Position numbers and translations under genes: made by a program
Source of the DNA: Thalassavirus gary
Taxonomy: Duplodnaviria; Heunggongvirae; Uroviricota; Caudoviricetes; Demerecviridae
Strand: one strand, 5' to 3'
Virus record (IMG/VR): IMGVR_UViG_2974784677_000001
DNA: 64,000 nt
Notes under the pieces: model-generated
Databases searched by the model: none
The model's input: only the letters and a program-made list of their open reading frames with translations
What the model was told of the DNA's origin: nothing
Part shown: piece by piece, positions 62,573 to 64,000 of the stretch
How the letters are laid out: every line of letters begins with the position of its first letter
Position numbering within the stretch: position 1 is the first letter of the stretch

Positions 62573-64000
62573 ATGTCATACAATATCCCTTACCTAGCAG
62601 CACTTATCACTGACGGTTACAAAGTATTCCACCCGTTTGCTTACCGCCCAGGCACTACTCACGTGTACAGTAACGGTACTGCTCGATTTAATAAACACTC
62701 GAACGTACCAAACAACGCTGAAATTGTTCACTTTGGTATCCAAATGGCTCTACAGAAGCTAAACACATTGTGGAACGAAAACTTCTTCAAGCACCCTAAA
62801 GAAGCAGTTCTAGCAGAATACCAACGTGTTATCTCTGGCTACCTTGGCAAGAAAATCAGCGTAGACCATATCGATAAACTACACGATGTTGGTTATCTGC
62901 CAATCGAAGTTAAGTCGCTACCAGAAGGTTCTCTTGTACCTTATGGTGTGCCACCATACACTATTCATAACACTGTGGAAGGTCTAGGTTGGGTAACTAA
63001 CTTGCTAGAAACTCCGTTCAGTGCTGAATACTGGCCTGCTGTAACATCTGCAACTACTGCGTTTGCTTACCGCTCTCGCTTCGAACAAGTACCTGCACTA
63101 CGTGCTGGTGGCATGATTAAGTTCATGGGTCACGACTTCTCTGCTCGTGGTCTATGGGGTATGTTTGCACCCGAACAGAATGGTCACTTGACTTCATTCG
63201 TTGGTACAGACTCTATGGTATCTGGTCTGGCAATGGAGCAATACTACGATGCTCGAATCGACAAAGAGCTAGTAATGGCTTCTGTTGATGCTACTGAGCA
63301 CTCAGTAATGTGTTCATACGAAACAGAGAACGAGCTAGAGTCATTGATTCACTTGATCAGTAATGTTACCCCAAACGGTATCATCTCTATCGTTTCTGAT
63401 ACATGGGACTTCTGGCAGTTGGTAACTCAGTACCTACCAGAAATCAAAGACCTAATCATGTCTCGTGATGGTACAGTGGTTATTCGTCCAGACTCAGGCG
63501 ACCCAGTTAAGATTCTTACTGGTTACACTATCGGCGAACAAGAGTTCGTAAGCGTAGATGACTACTACGAATACTATGACTACCGAATCGCTCCTAAACC
63601 AGAAGCGGTTAAAATCGGTGGAGTCTACCATGAAATGGGTGGTATTTCACAAGATGGTCGAGTTGGTCTAGGTAAAACGCTAGAAGAACACGAAGTAAAA
63701 GGTCTAATCGAGTGCCTATGGGATACATTCGGTGGTACAGAAGTTGATGGTCTACGTCTACTAGACTCACACATTGGAGCTATCTATGGTGACTCTATTA
63801 CCCTAGAACGTCAAGACCAAATTATCAAGCGTTTGCTTGCTAAAGGTTTCGTTCCTAGCGTAGTTCTTGGTATTGGTTCATTCACATACCAGTACGTTAC
63901 TCGTGATACTCACGGCTTTGCTATTAAAGCTACTGACATTCAAGTTGGTGAAGGCAATCACATTGCTATTAGCAAAGACCCTAAAACTGACCAAAGCAAA
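62573..64000 (+). CDS. nicotinamide phosphoribosyltransferase family protein (NadV/Nampt or Namat-like), 5' partial; continues beyond window end
   Basis: ITDGYKVFH..., LPIEVKSLPEGSLVPYG..., EYWPAVTSATTA closely parallel human NAMPT LATDSYKVTH, LPIEIKAVPEGFVIPRG, SWYPITVATNS. Confidence 0.75.
   Translation, partial: MSYNIPYLAALITDGYKVFHPFAYRPGTTHVYSNGTARFNKHSNVPNNAEIVHFGIQMALQKLNTLWNENFFKHPKEAVLAEYQRVISGYLGKKISVDHIDKLHDVGYLPIEVKSLPEGSLVPYGVPPYTIHNTVEGLGWVTNLLETPFSAEYWPAVTSATTAFAYRSRFEQVPALRAGGMIKFMGHDFSARGLWGMFAPEQNGHLTSFVGTDSMVSGLAMEQYYDARIDKELVMASVDATEHSVMCSYETENELESLIHLISNVTPNGIISIVSDTWDFWQLVTQYLPEIKDLIMSRDGTVVIRPDSGDPVKILTGYTIGEQEFVSVDDYYEYYDYRIAPKPEAVKIGGVYHEMGGISQDGRVGLGKTLEEHEVKGLIECLWDTFGGTEVDGLRLLDSHIGAIYGDSITLERQDQIIKRLLAKGFVPSVVLGIGSFTYQYVTRDTHGFAIKATDIQVGEGNHIAISKDPKTDQSK

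Noticed and set aside
1-64000. Initial impression of a KVP40/T4-like phage (many tRNAs, NadV-like gene, NrdD/NrdG)
   Set aside because: The family-A polymerase, split NAD-ligase, T5-type promoters, Ser/Thr phosphatase and M15 endolysin fit T5-like phages better. No T4 hallmark genes (gp43, gp32, MotA-box promoters) are visible.

Overview
This 64-kb window reads as the early and replication region of a large T5-like (Demerecviridae-type) virulent phage; no database search was possible. It has five parts:

(i) 1-15.8 kb, minus strand: a replication block. It holds a family-A DNA polymerase (partial), a Zn-finger/TOPRIM primase, a DnaB-like helicase, an NAD-dependent DNA ligase split into two genes with two unrelated ORFs inserted, a 955-aa P-loop/DExD origin-binding-type helicase, and many small ORFs.

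(ii) 15.9-26 kb, plus strand: a nucleotide-metabolism block. It holds anaerobic RNR NrdD, a glutaredoxin-like protein, class I RNR NrdB and NrdA (no ATP cone), activase NrdG, a NADAR-domain protein, RNase H and a DEDDh exonuclease.

(iii) 26.8-37.9 kb: a cluster of about 25 tRNA genes interleaved with small ORFs. These include a T5orf172/GIY-YIG-like ORF, a YqeY/GatB-domain protein, an SPFH/flotillin-like membrane protein, a nucleoside deoxyribosyltransferase-like protein, a PnuC-like transporter, three candidate structured ncRNAs and several atypical tRNAs.

(iv) 38-49.5 kb: spanins, dNMP kinase, two large collagen-motif tail-fibre or receptor-binding proteins, small secreted proteins and lipoproteins, a holin-like protein and an M15 endolysin.

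(v) 49.5-64 kb: an HD-domain small alarmone hydrolase-like protein, a Ser/Thr phosphatase, an RNA-repair trio (Rnl-type ligase, Pnk-like kinase, metallophosphoesterase), membrane and outer-membrane proteins, and an operon of PRPP-synthetase-like, macro-domain and Nampt-like genes. That operon looks like a phage NAD+ reconstitution or anti-defence module.

More than 20 copies of one sigma70-type early promoter (TTGCTA-17-TATAAT), often followed by a conserved leader AGTTACATAAAGTTGAGAAACGGAGAT, and many rho-independent terminators punctuate the window.

All functional calls come from motifs read by eye in the sequence. Coordinates of RNA genes and regulatory sites are approximate, within a few nt.
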